A DNA stretch of 64,000 bases from Octopus vulgaris. Taxonomy: Eukaryota. The position numbers were made by a program, and so were the translations under genes. The stretch is from NCBI GenBank assembly GCA_951406725.2, contig OX597833.1, positions 65,038,001-65,102,000 on the forward strand, given 5' to 3'. Below, in pieces: positions 42,603-56,214 of the stretch (position 1 is its first letter; each line of letters begins with the position of its first letter). The notes beneath the pieces were generated by a model, which did no database searches, was not told the origin of the DNA, and worked only from the letters and a program-made list of their open reading frames with translations.

Positions 42603-42969
42603 TGTGTGTGTGTATGTATGTATGTATGTATGTATATATGTATGTATGTATGTATGTGTGTATGTATGTATGTATGTATGTATGTATGTATTTATGTATG
42701 TATGTATCTATGTGTGTAAGTATGTATGTATGTACGTACATATGTATGTACGTATGTATGTATGTATGTATGTGTGTGTGTATGTATGTATGTACGTACA
42801 TATGTATGTACGTATGTATGTATGTATGTATGTATGTGTGTGTATGTATGTATGTATGTATGTATGTATATATGTATATATGTATGTATGTGTGTATGTA
42901 TGTATGTATGTATGTATGTATTTATGTATGTATGTATCTATGTGTGTAAGTATGTATGTATGTACGTAC

Positions 42970-43000
<31 letters not shown>

Positions 43001-43236
43001 TGTATGTGTGTGTGTATGTATGTATGTATGTATGTATATATGTATGTATGTATGTATGTGTGTATGTATGTATGTATGTATGTATGTATTTATGTATGTA
43101 TGTATCTATGTGTGTAAGTATGTATGTATGTACGTACATATGTATGTACGTATGTATGTATGTATGTATGTATGTATGTATGTATGTATGTATGTATGTA
43201 TGTATGTATGTGTGTGTATGTATGTATGTATGTATG

Positions 43237-43270
<34 letters not shown>

Positions 43271-43538
43271 TGTATGTGTGTGTATGTATGTGTGTATGTA
43301 TGTATGTATGTATGTATTTATGTATGTATGTATGTATGTATGTACGTATGTATGTATGTATGTATGTATATATGTACGTATGTATGTATGTGTGTATGTA
43401 TGTATGTATGTATGTATGTGTGTATTTATGTATGTATGTATCTATGTGTGTAAGTATGTATGTATGTACGTACATATGTATGTACGTATGTATTTATGTA
43501 TGTATGTATGAATGTATTTATGTATGTATGTATGTATG

Positions 43539-43572
<34 letters not shown>

Positions 43573-43576
43573 TGTA

Positions 43577-43607
<31 letters not shown>

Positions 43608-43802
43608 CTGTAAGTACGTATGTATGTATGTATGTATGTATGTATGTGTGTGTGTATGTATGTATGTATGTATGTATATATGTATGTATGTATGTGTGTG
43701 TGTATGTATGTATGTATGTATGTATGTATGTATGTATGTATGTATGTATGTATGTATGTGTGTATGTATGTATGTATGTATGTATGTATGTATGTATGTA
43801 TG

Positions 43803-43834
<32 letters not shown>

Positions 43835-44006
43835 TGTGTGTATGTATGTATGTATGTATGTATGTATGTATGTATGTATGTATGTATGTATGTATGTATG
43901 TATGTATGTATTTATGTATGTATGTATCTATGTGTGTAAGTATGTATGTATGTACGTACATATGTATGTACGTATGTATGTATGTATGTATGTATGTATG
44001 TATGTA

Positions 44007-44037
<31 letters not shown>

Positions 44038-44090
44038 CTGTAAGTACGTATGTATGTATGTATGTATGTATGTATGTATGTATGTATGTA

Positions 44091-44121
<31 letters not shown>

Positions 44122-44152
44122 CTGTAAGTACGTATGTATGTATGTATGTATG
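42249..44152. repeat. (TATG)n-derived satellite with higher-order structure
   Basis: Marker atctatgtgtgtaag recurs at 42370, 42538, 42706, 42936, 43104, 43440 and 43926. Confidence 0.95.
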
Positions 44153-44515
44153 TCATTGTTCAGTTTTATTCCAAGATTTGTCACCAACAGAGAAAAAGAA
44201 CCGGTTTCTAACCTAGATCCAAGGCTCCTTCATTAGTATTTCAACATCAACAACGGGTTTTTTTGGTTTGTATGCATGTATGTGTGTTTGTGTTTCCACA
44301 GTTTGTATGTCTCTGAAGATCATAATCCGTATACCTGGGATGCAGCACAGTCCGTAGTGTACACGCACGTACACACATATTTATATAATTCCGGAAAAAG
44401 GTTAATAAAATCCTCATTTTCATAACAATAATTTTTGTTTTTCATTAATGTCTTTTGAAAATTCACTTTTGCACTTCAAAAACTGTATAAAGTAATCGTA
44501 GTAGTCTTTCAATAA

Positions 44516-44582
<67 letters not shown>

Positions 44583-44630
44583 TGTGTATATATATATATG
44601 TATATATATACATATGTATATATATATGTA

Positions 44631-44673
<43 letters not shown>

Positions 44674-44703
44674 GTATATACATATATGTATGTATATACA
44701 TAT

Positions 44704-45027
44704 ATGGCTCAGTGGTTAGAGCGTCGAGCTTACGATCGTGAGGTTGTGAGCTCGAATCCCGGACCGAGCTGCGTGTTGTGTTCTTGAGCAAGGCACTTTA
44801 TTTCACGTTGCTCCAGTTCACTCAGCTGTAGAAATGAGTTGCGATGTCACTGGTGCCAAGCTGTATCGACCTTTGTCTTTCCCTTGGATAACACTGGTGG
44901 TGTGGAGAGGGAGGCTGGTATGCATGGGCGACTGCTGGTCTTCCATAAACAACCTTGCCCAGACTTGTGTCTAGGAGGGTAACTTTCTAGGTGCAAACCC
45001 ATGGTCATTCATGACCGAAGGGGGTCT
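44704..45027 (+). mobile_element. SINE family D
   Basis: Near-identical to 18588-18912. Confidence 0.92.
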
Positions 45028-45073
45028 AAGATATATATATATATATGTATATATTTATATATATATGTATATG

Positions 45074-45119
<46 letters not shown>

Positions 45120-46022
45120 GGATATTGGATGTGATGTAAACCAATAAATCATTTTTTTTTTCTCTTTCTTCTTCTGAATATATCCAACAAGAAACATCTG
45201 TTCACTTACATAAACAGTTAAGAACAAATAGGATTTCTGTGATTCTTGTAAGAAATATTATAACATAATAATAAGAAGAACAATAAATATCTATGACAAA
45301 AGAAAAAAAAAAACAATAGTATAAGATAAAAATATCAAACGTCTACATTTGACGTTAAAAACATTTGAATATTTCATTGGAAGTGAGATTCGGATTCGTT
45401 TGTTTCGTGCGTCTCGGCTTCCATTTTGTTTCTTTGCTTTTTCTTTCATTTCAACAAGAGTCGTTACCACAAGTTGTTCGGTACAAAGGTGTTTTTTTTT
45501 TTTTTCCTTTAATAATTATTCATAATATCTGGAAGAAGAAACAAACGAACAGAAAACAATGGTATTAAAAAGAAAAAGAAAAATAATAATAATAAAAACA
45601 AAACAAACGTATAGGTAAATAAATGTCAGTAGAAGATGAAAGGAAAAGATATATCTGTGGAAATTACGAGAACAATTCTCCCAAGATTTCGTATTGTTGG
45701 TATTAAATTGAGGACTTTTAGAGATGTTAAAGATAATGGTAAATTTAATAAGTGGATGCTTAAATATATATATATATATATGTGTGTCTGTGTGTGTGTG
45801 TGTATGTGTGTGTGTATACATAAATATATATGTGTATCTATATATGTATATATATGTGTATGTATATATATGTATATGTATATATATATGTATGCATATA
45901 TGTATATGTATATGTATATATGTATATATGTATGTGTGTGTGCGTGTGTGTGTATGAGTGTGTATCTATGTATATATATATAATCACATACATGCAAACA
46001 GACACACATACAAACGCACGCA

Positions 46023-46057
<35 letters not shown>

Positions 46058-46253
46058 TTGTAATGACATAAGTACACAAACACAAATACAGGTATACACA
46101 CACGTAAAGTCAAAAATACGTACACATACCTTTACACACATACGCAATACATATATATATATATATATATACAGAGAGTACGAAAGAGAGCGTGAGTGAA
46201 AGAGACATATAATATACATATGTATATACATACATACATACATACATTCATAC

Positions 46254-46293
<40 letters not shown>

Positions 46294-46727
46294 CTGTGTG
46301 TGTGTCTACCTGTGAATATAAATATATACTAACATACATACGCTTACATATGCATACGTACATGCATATATATATATATATACACGTATATATACATACA
46401 TACATATATTATACAGACATACTTATTCAAATCCTCGCATTGTTTTCATTAATCCTCATCTATCATCGTTATCTTCCGCTTGCTAAAGACATAAACACTT
46501 TGAATTGCAACGAGACACATTGGTTTGACAATGGAATCTTCTGACGATGAAACGAATTCTTTGAAAGATACGGAAAACACCAATTCTGCCCGGACTGGCA
46601 GGAAGCATTAGAGCAGAGGTTTAGAGGAATTGTCTGCTGCTTTTGATGTTAGAGTCTACGAAGTCATTCCTCAGAGATCTCTATGTTAGCAAAAACTTTC
46701 ATAAAGTTTCCTGTGATATACATATAC

Positions 46728-46784
<57 letters not shown>

Positions 46785-46821
46785 CATGTATGTATGTATG
46801 TATTATGTATGTATGTATGTA

Positions 46822-46871
<50 letters not shown>

Positions 46872-46947
46872 TGTACATACATACATAAATATACGTTCGT
46901 ATATATACATACATATACCAATCTCTCTCACTCTCTCTCTCTCTATG

Positions 46948-47028
<81 letters not shown>

Positions 47029-47093
47029 CTGATAGATAGATGGGCTGACAGATATATATATATATATGTACACACACACACACACACACACAC

Positions 47094-47137
<44 letters not shown>

Positions 47138-47504
47138 TAGATAGATAGATATAGATATAGATAGATATTTCACACACAGTGTATATGTGGTGTGAAGAAT
47201 CGTGTCTTTGTGAAAGCTCTGTATCGCAATGTTTTATATATACTCCCATTCTGTTATTCTGTTATTCCTTTTCGCTTTGTTCTCATTAGACTGCATGTCA
47301 GATTGAATAGTGCAACCGCTCAGGTGTTGACTGCACAAGGCAACAGCTGAACATATTTCGAATTTGGTATTTATTCGATCGGATTCTTTTTTCGAAGAAA
47401 TAATGTTACTCAAATGCTATAGAAACAAACAACACGAGGACAGAAACGGATTTAATGTGCAAATTTATATGTGTATATATATGTATGATCCAAAACAAAA
47501 AAAA

Positions 47505-47656
47505 AAACGAAGTAAAAACAGAAGAAAAAACAACAACGCGAAGGCATGCTATATCGAAAGTATTAAGAGACGTTCATAAAAAGAAAGTTAGTTTTACATT
47601 TCGAACAACGCTCTTCTTCAGAAACGGGAGACAGGGGAAAGTCCAAGAGAAAAGAC
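47505..47656 (-). mobile_element. Family E element with canonical-core hammerhead motif at 47591-47625
   Basis: Minus strand gttt-CTGAAGA-a-gagc-gtt-gttc-GAAA-tg-TA-aaac. Confidence 0.7.
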
Positions 47657-48310
47657 AGGCGGTGTTCCGGTATGGACGCAGTCAAATGACTGAAACGAGT
47701 AAAAATATAAAAGGATATGTATGTGGGTACGTGTGTGGGGTGTATGTGTATGTGTGTACAGAGATATAAGATCCAGGGATCGAGGTGTAGGAAAACGGTT
47801 AACTTCAAGCAATCCTTAGTAAATACAAAAAAACAATTTTCATGGACAATTGTGGTTTATTGAGATGAAAAGTTGTGGTGTTTTTTTTTTCCGTATTGAA
47901 GTATGATAAATTGATAGAAGTTCTTCTAAAATTTCACACGGGGTTGCCGGGTGTGCGAATAAGAATACAAGGGTTCAGGTAATGAATAAATAAGATCCGT
48001 TCTACATATGTTTCATAGCGAGTAGAGCTTCAGAAGAGGAAAAATATCCAAACGCGGTGTATACTGCAGACTACTCTTCAGGCCGAGGATATCTTGGTTA
48101 AATGAAAGTTTACATTGTCTCAGGCAGGTACATGTTAATACATGGAAGATATTCGTATATGTATATCCGGCTATGTAAGGATTGATTAAATTACCTTTAG
48201 TGTTTCCACTCCGAGGGACACAACAGAGGTTGTAGCCACTGCATCAAACTAATCTCTTAGTATACATACATATGTAGAAGTATGTGTGTGTACATGTATA
48301 CACACACATG

Positions 48311-48351
<41 letters not shown>

Positions 48352-48435
48352 TGTGTGTGTGTGTATGTGTGTATATATGAATGTATATATATGTATGTAT
48401 AAATATATGTGCATATATACATATATATATATATA

Positions 48436-48592
48436 GGCGCAGGAGTGGTTGTGTGGTAAGAAGATTGCTTCCCACCTACATGGTTCCGGGTTCAGTCCCA
48501 CTGCGTGACAACATATAGACCGCTGTCTTCTACTAAGGCCTCGGAACGACCAAAGCCTTGTGAGTGGATTTGGTAGACCGAAACTAAAAGCC
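48436..48592 (+). mobile_element. SINE family B, 5' half
   Basis: ggcgcaggagtggttgtgtggtaag...ccaaagccttgtgagtggatttggtagac. Confidence 0.88.
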
Positions 48593-49684
48593 CCGCCTCT
48601 TTCGAGCGTTGGTAACCCACTAAGAACTGCAGTTGTTATATTTAACCAGCAAATAGTACATTTATGGATGTGCGCAAAAATTTAGCAAGCAAGTGGCGCG
48701 CTAAGCTGCGTTAATTAAAATATAGACGTGTACAATTGTATTTAATACCATCGTGAGCGAACGTGACAAGGGCGTCGCTATGGAAATAATCCCGTGATAG
48801 ATCCCCCTCACAGACAATCCAGGGAAAAGTGCTAACCATTTGGGTACGGACATCGCCATTGGAACCTTAGCGTCGTTACAACTCGTCAGTTACAGATACA
48901 GAATCCTTCATTCATAGACCAATAAGAATTCGCCGTCGCTTTTCTTTTCGTTCCTTTCTTTTTTGTGAAACAACAAACACTAAATTTGCTGCTGCGCAGA
49001 AACGATAAAGTGGGAAAAGATTAATCTTAAATTGAATCAAATAAAGACAAACTTTGGGGATTTCTGCCTTTACATTTCTCTTCCCTCCTGGGAAATATAA
49101 AAGAAACACTAGTTTGGCTTTTGTATTTCCACATTTTATTATTCACTCTACAAACAATGAAATAAAGGAAATTGCTTCAGTGTAAATAAATTAGGATAAT
49201 ATAGTATTTCCCTGGCTGTTTCTTTGCCGAAATCTTATTCATCTGCGAAAATATTGAATTATTCCTGAACATCTTCTGCCAAAAACATTCAGTTTTTGGC
49301 AGGATTTGATTTTGAGCTGTCTGAAAAGTGGCCAGTGATTTTTTGAAGATACTGTTCACGTGTCTATAGTAGTAACCGAATGTGTGAGGCGTGTGTGTTT
49401 ACATGGACAAGGACATCATTAGTGGCAGTTATAATACCATCAGATACTTTTGAGAGAAAAGAAGGATTCTCCGATTCGAAAATGCTAAAATTCTTGTATC
49501 ACCTGATTTCGCTGAAGACACCCAATGCCCGAGAAGTGGTCACAGATTATCTGGTCTCCCAATCGAGATTCTACCGGATTTCTGCTATTTGCCAAATTGC
49601 CATGCAGAAGTATTGAACTAGAAATGACAACAGTTATGAAGAGAGGATTAGAACCACACCAATATTCCTGCTTTTCCGTTTTCT

Positions 49685-50282
49685 TATTTCTTTATCGCCC
49701 ACAAGGGGCTAAACACATAGAGGGGACAAACAAGGACAGACAAAGGGATTAAGTCGATTACATCTACCCCAGTGCATAACTGGTACTTAATTCATCGACT
49801 CCGAAAGTATGAAGGGCAAAGACGATCTCGGCGGAATTTGAACTCAGAACGTAACGGCTGACGAAATACCTGTTTCTTTACTACCCACAAGGGGCTAAAC
49901 ACAGACGGGACAAACAAGGACAGACAAAGGGATTAAGTTGATTACATCTACCCCAGTGCATAACTGGTACTTAATTCATCGACTCCGAAAGTATGAAGGG
50001 CAAAGTCGACCTCGGCGGAATTTGAACTCAGAACGTAACGGCTGACGAAATACCTGTTTCTTTACTACCCACAAGGGGCTAAACACAGACAGGACAAACA
50101 AGGACAGACAAACGGATTGAGTCGATTATATCGACCCCAGTGCGTAACTGGTACTTAATTTATTGACCCCGAACGGATGAAAGGCAAAGTCGACCTCGGC
50201 GGAATTTGAACTCAGAACGTAACGACAGACGAAATACCGCTAAGCATTTCGTCTGGCGTGCTAACGTTTCTGCCAGCTCGCT
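49685..50282 (-). mobile_element. SINE-A trimer
   Basis: Three ~183-bp units with junctions near 49870 and 50053; one head at 50240-50282. Confidence 0.9.
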
Positions 50283-51529
50283 AAAGTATACACCGTCTCC
50301 CAATCGAGATTCTACAGGATTTCTGCGAAGAAATTTTAATTGAAACATGATTGGTTGAGTCAAAACTATTTGCCAAACTGCCATGCAGAAGTATTGAACT
50401 GGAAACGACGACAATTATGAAGAGAGAATTAGAACCATACCAATATTCCTGCTTCTCCGTTTGCTGTTGGCATATTTAAATATCTCACAAATGACTCGGT
50501 GGTTCGCAATAATTCTAATTGAAGACTGGTTCAAATTTATGAAATTCCAATCTTTACATTTCATTTATGTCAATTGTATCTTGACATTTTAGTAGTCAGA
50601 ATGTTCATCGATACACACATACTCACACAGAAACGCACAGAAATATCAACAAGAAAAATAAAAAAGAAAGGAAAAAAATGTAAGTTCTGAAAATCAATGG
50701 ACGATAATATAGATACAAGGAATTATTACTCTTTATCAACAATTGCCAAGAATCATTCGATTCTTCTTGGCAGAACTTGATCTTTAGCTGTCTGAATAGA
50801 AGCCAATGAATAGTCAGAGATTTTCTCTACTACTCTGAAGAAATGACCTAATTTTACTAAACAATTGTCTTCGCAAACAAAGCAGTATTCTTGCATTTTT
50901 CAGGAGGACATTCGTATTAAAAAGGCACCATGGGGGACATGTCGATAAGGTAATTGAGTCAACGAGAAAGCGTCAATAAGATCGATCAACTTGCTTAGAT
51001 ATACATTACCATTTCTTTGTCCGATCATATAATCTAAGAGTGAAATAGTGAATGGGGAGGCGACCTAATGTTCCAATAATGTATGGTAGATGTTAATGGT
51101 ATTACAATATTTATAAAAGATGAACATCTATAATCTTTGAAAAAAAGAGAGAGGGAGAATACATATTATATAATGTATTCCCTGAAAGCATTTCTTAGTC
51201 AACACTAGTCATGACCAGTCTAATCTGCTAGATATAGCAGTCAAATCTTCGTCATGCACATTTCACAGTCTAGAAAAAACAAAACGCATTGAATAATATA
51301 TTATATAAATTTGAGAAGAAGGAGATATTGACACGAGATAATGTATCCCAATGTTTGAAAATGTAATGCTTATACCAAGGTCATGGATGGGACGTTTATG
51401 ATTCAATCATGTATTGCCTGGGGCTGAACAACTACTGCAAGAACAGAAACAACACCAACAACAGCAACAGTGACAGCCTTTACCATAATATCTCACATGT
51501 CAAACAGGCCACGAATCGAGCATTACTGT

Positions 51530-51670
51530 ATTTCTGCATCAAATCCACTCAAGTCTTTTATGGGCCCGATGCTATAGTAGTAGACACTTGCCCAAGATGT
51601 CTTGCAGTGGGACTGAACACGGAACCATGTGCTTGGATAGCAATCTTCTTATCACACAGACATGCCTGCA
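51530..51670 (-). mobile_element. SINE family B, 5' fragment
   Basis: caaatccactca...gctatagtagtagacacttgcccaag...gtgggactgaac; a similar fragment lies at 53015-53140. Confidence 0.75.
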
Positions 51671-51884
51671 CCTACAAGATAATCGCCGTTAATTTTTTTA
51701 TATATTTTTAATTAACAAAAAAAATAAAACACAAGGTCTAAGAAATAAGCATTTGTATTATAGGAAGATGCCAGAAATTCTGAGGGATAAGGTTGTTGAT
51801 TACATTGCACGACTGGTATCTATATTATGGACCCCAAAGGGATAACGCACACATCCGCACACATACGTATATGCACACATATCC

Positions 51885-51932
<48 letters not shown>

Positions 51933-51970
51933 AGACACAAACACACACACATACACACATACACACACAC

Positions 51971-52034
<64 letters not shown>

Positions 52035-52036
<2 letters not shown>

Positions 52037-52265
52037 TTCTTTATTGCCCACAAGGGGCTAAACATAGAGGGGACAAACAATGACAGACAGAGGGATTAAG
52101 TCGATTAAATCGACCCCAGTGCGTAACTGGTACTTAATTTATTGACCCCGAAAGGATGAAAGGCAAAGTCGACTTCGGCGGAATTTGAACTCAGAACGTA
52201 ACGACAGACGAAATACCGCTAAGCATTTCGTCCGGCACGCTAACGTTTCTGCCAGCTCGCCGCCT
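52035..52265 (-). mobile_element. SINE-A monomer in (GATA)n
   Basis: Complete head-to-tail copy. Confidence 0.92.
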
Positions 52266-52266
52266 T

Positions 52267-52391
<125 letters not shown>

Positions 52392-53382
52392 GGATACTAT
52401 GAGCTTCTTCGTGAGCGGGCGGTGTCCCTCCGGAACCCCGCAAATTTACGCCACTTTTACTTTTTTATCTAAATGATTTTACATCTCATTACTTTCATTG
52501 TCCATAGTTTATATATGGACATACAAATTTCGAGTTAAAAGTGTCGACTCATATGGATATTACAGCATAAAATATGGTCATTGATGTCCAACTAGACCCC
52601 TTTGGCCTTCTGTGAAATTATTTTTTGTCTTTTTTTTTTCAGACATTCCGATGAACTATAAGTCAATTTTCTTCGTACTTGTGCTGGTATGAATTGTTAT
52701 ACTAAATTATATTCTATTTTATAATTAGTGTGGTATGTATAGTTTATAAAACTGTTATTGATTTATTTCAATAAAGGATTATTTCGGTGAATATTTTATA
52801 TTATATATTTCATATTTTAGATTTTAATTCTCCTCCATTGAACTCCAATAATTACAAATATATACCTATGAAATATTAAATTCCTTGTTCTGTATCATGC
52901 ACTCACACATACATACAAGACGGAACAAATATTACTTTATAGATAGTGCGGAAATGGGCAAAAACAAAAGCGGGTCCCTCGGGACCGCAATGGCCTTTTG
53001 TGTAATTCCAATCCATCAAATCCAATCGCAAGGCTTTGGTCGTCCGAGTCTATGGTAGAGGACACTGGGTTGCGGTGTGTCAAAGTGGGACTGAACCCAG
53101 AACCATGTGGAAAGTATGTAAGCTTCTTACCACACAGCTGTACTAAACCAATTTTTAATTATTTTTTTTCCAGTCTCATTCACTATTTTTCTTCAATTTT
53201 AATCGCATTGTCAAAGAGTAAAATATTCGGGAGTAAACACCGACCAAACTAACCGACGCTGGAGCACTTTGTGTCCTCTATTAATAGTGGTCATAATCTA
53301 CTGCCCAGGGAAACATGACGACACGTCAGCCTCTTGTTTTTTTTTCTTTTGTTTTGTTATTAGCAGAAGCTATGATTTGCAA

Positions 53383-53983
53383 AGGCGACAAGTTAGCAGA
53401 AACGTTAGCGCACCGGGCGAAATGCCTAGCGGTATTTCGGCTGCCGTTACGTTCTGAGTTCAAATTCCGCCGAGGTCGACTTTGCCTTTCATCCTTTCGG
53501 GGTCGATTAAATAAGTACCAGTTACACACTGGGATCGATATAATCGACTTAATCCATTTGTCTCTCCTTGTTTGTCCCCACTATGTTTAGCCATTTGTGG
53601 GTAATAAAGAAATAGGTATTTCTTCTACCGTTACGTTCTGAGTCCAAATTCCACCGAGATCGACTTTGCCTTTCATCTTTTCGGGGTCGATAAACTAAGT
53701 ACCAGTTACGCACTGGGGTCGATGTAATCGACTGAATCCCTTTGTCTGTACTTGTTTGTCCCCTCTATGTGTTTAGCCCTTTGTGGGTAGTAAAGAAATA
53801 GGTATTTCGTCTACCTTTACGGTGTGAGTTCAAATTCCGCTGAGGTCGACTTTGCCTTTCATCCTTTCGGGGTCCATAAAATAAGTACACTTACGCACTG
53901 GGGTCGATATAATCGACTTAATCCCTTTGTCTGTCATTGTTTATCCTCTCTATGTTTAGCCCCTTGTGAGCAATAAAGAAATA
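53383..53983 (+). mobile_element. SINE-A trimer bounded by a single TSD
   Basis: Junctions aaagaaatag|gtatttc at ~53615 and ~53801; TSD agaagctatgatttRcaa at 53365-53382 and 53984-54001. Confidence 0.92.
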
Positions 53984-54322
53984 AGAAGCTATGATTTACA
54001 AGTATTCCAGTGTAGTCTCTATATTGATTCTATATCTAAAACTCCCTCCATCTTTCCCTCTTTCTCTTTCTTCCAACCTCTCAACTGTTTTAGGCGCCAC
54101 TTAATAATAATGTCATGGGCGCCATATTTCTTTACACATAACAGGTGTCTCCAGCAAAATTGTTTGTTATATTATTTATGTTATTGCCAAATTTTCAATA
54201 CGAAAAATACAACTACATTGACAATTCCTTTAAGTATTTCTCTTTGGTGAATGCTCAAATTCTTGCGTAAATAATACATCCCAGAACATGGCCAGTTTTC
54301 GTGAAGGGGGTTCTTTTACTCT

Positions 54323-54373
54323 ATTATTATCATCACCATCATCATCATCATCATCATTATCATCATCATCATC

Positions 54374-54463
<90 letters not shown>

Positions 54464-54464
54464 G

Positions 54465-54538
<74 letters not shown>

Positions 54539-54780
54539 CATCATCATTATTATTATTATCATCATCATCATCATTATTATTATTATTATTATTATTATCA
54601 TTATTATTATTATTATTATTATCATCATCATCATCATCATTATTATTATTATTATTATTATTATCATTATTATTATTATTATTATTATTGTTGTTGTTGT
54701 TGTTATTATGCAATCATCATCACTTATTATTATTAACCGGTGCCATTATTATTATCATTATTATTATTATTATTATTGTT
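54323..54780. repeat. Compound (ATC)n/(ATT)n microsatellite
   Basis: Directly visible. Confidence 0.95.
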
Positions 54781-54983
54781 GTGTTCGTTGTTGAAAGACT
54801 TATTAAGCTCGCAATTAGTCCGAATGGTTTGTTGTAAAACGAGGAATCGAAGTAATGAAAAAGAAAAGAATCTCCTCAGTTCGAATATTCAAGTAATTCT
54901 TCATGGTTTCCATCGAGTAAATAACACCAAATTTAAGCATTCTTTTAACACAAACTGGATTTCAAAGGTAGGTTTGATTCTTT

Positions 54984-55627
54984 CGTTAAATACAGTTGCT
55001 GTTGTCATTGATGTTGTCGTTGTTGTTGTGGTCGTAGCCGGTGTCGTTCGTGCTTTTGATCATGTTTACTTCCTTCACATCGAAGTCGGCCATGTTATAG
55101 CAGATTCATGTGATCGAAATATACTCCAACCATGACCATCTTGTCTTTTAATCTGTATCTAAGAATCCATTGTTGAATGTGATATTATTCCAAGACAAAG
55201 AATATAATTTGGAAGATTGTTATTTTTGGCTCAACATCGGTAACATAAACAAGCTAAGGGGCACCTCTCCAACAAGTGGTACTCTCCGTAGTTTGTTCTC
55301 ATGCTACCGTTAAATACAGTTGCTGTTGTCATTGATGTTGTCGTTGTTGTTGCGGTCGTAGCCGGTGTCGTTCGTGCTTTTGATCATGTTTACTTCCTTC
55401 ACATCGAAGTCGGCCATGTTATAGCAGATTCATGTGATCGAAATATACTCCAACCATGACCATCTTGTCTTTTAATGTGTATCTAAGAATCCATTGTTGA
55501 ATGTAATTTTATTCCAAGACAAAGACTATCATTTGGAAGATTGTTATTTCTGGCTCAACAACAGTAACGTAAACAAACTAAGGACCACCTCTCCAACAAG
55601 TGTCCTTAGTTGTCTCATGCTACCGTT
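54984..55627. repeat. Tandem duplication with 324-bp period
   Basis: cgttaaatacagttgctgttgtcattgatg... begins at 54984 and again at 55308. Confidence 0.93.
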
Positions 55628-55771
55628 GTTGTTGTTGTTGATGGTGGTAGTGGTGGTGGTGGTGGTGGTGGTGGTGGTGGTGGTGTTGATGGTGGTGATG
55701 GTGGTGGTAGTTGTGTTGCAGTTCTTCACCAGTAGGTTAATCCTGATAAAACAAGCATCTCATTAAATACC

Positions 55772-56004
55772 TATTTCTTTACTACCCACAAGGGGCTAAA
55801 CACAGAGAGGACAAATAAGGACAGACAAAAGGGATTAAGTCGATTACATCGACCCCAGTGCGTAACTGGTACTTATTTAATCGACCCCGAAAGGATGAAA
55901 GCTAAAGTCGACCTCGGCGGAATTTGAACTCAGAACGTAGCGGCAGACGAAATACCGATAAGCATTTCGCCCGGCGTGCTAACGTTTCTGCCAGCTCGCT
56001 GTCT
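55772..56004 (-). mobile_element. SINE-A monomer
   Basis: Full copy flanked by ttaaatacc on both sides (TSD). Confidence 0.92.
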
Positions 56005-56214
56005 TAAATACCACGATCCATTTTTGATCCTCTCTACATTTGTTAATCCGTTAGGGTAAAATTCGAATTAAAAACACCAGATTGAGTTGACATCCCCCTA
56101 CGTTATAATTTAAAGACTAAGGAAGGTATATTTCTTACCACCATAGGTTTTGCTCCCTTTATTTTAATATTTCTTTTGTTTATTTTTTATCCTTTATATT
56201 TTTTTATTTATAAT

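Noticed and set aside
42253-44043. 596-aa ORF and the many YI/CV/poly-I/N/R ORFs
   Set aside because: Translations of stop-free microsatellites; no domain content.
46541-46560. CTGACGA-T-GAAAC hammerhead-like word
   Set aside because: No stem II possible; probably chance.
48593-48880. Possible solo LTR ending in gttaca
   Set aside because: No matching TG start, TSD or second copy in the window.
54230-54322. Possible further Dong 3' remnant beside (TAA)n on the minus strand
   Set aside because: Too short and degenerate to support.
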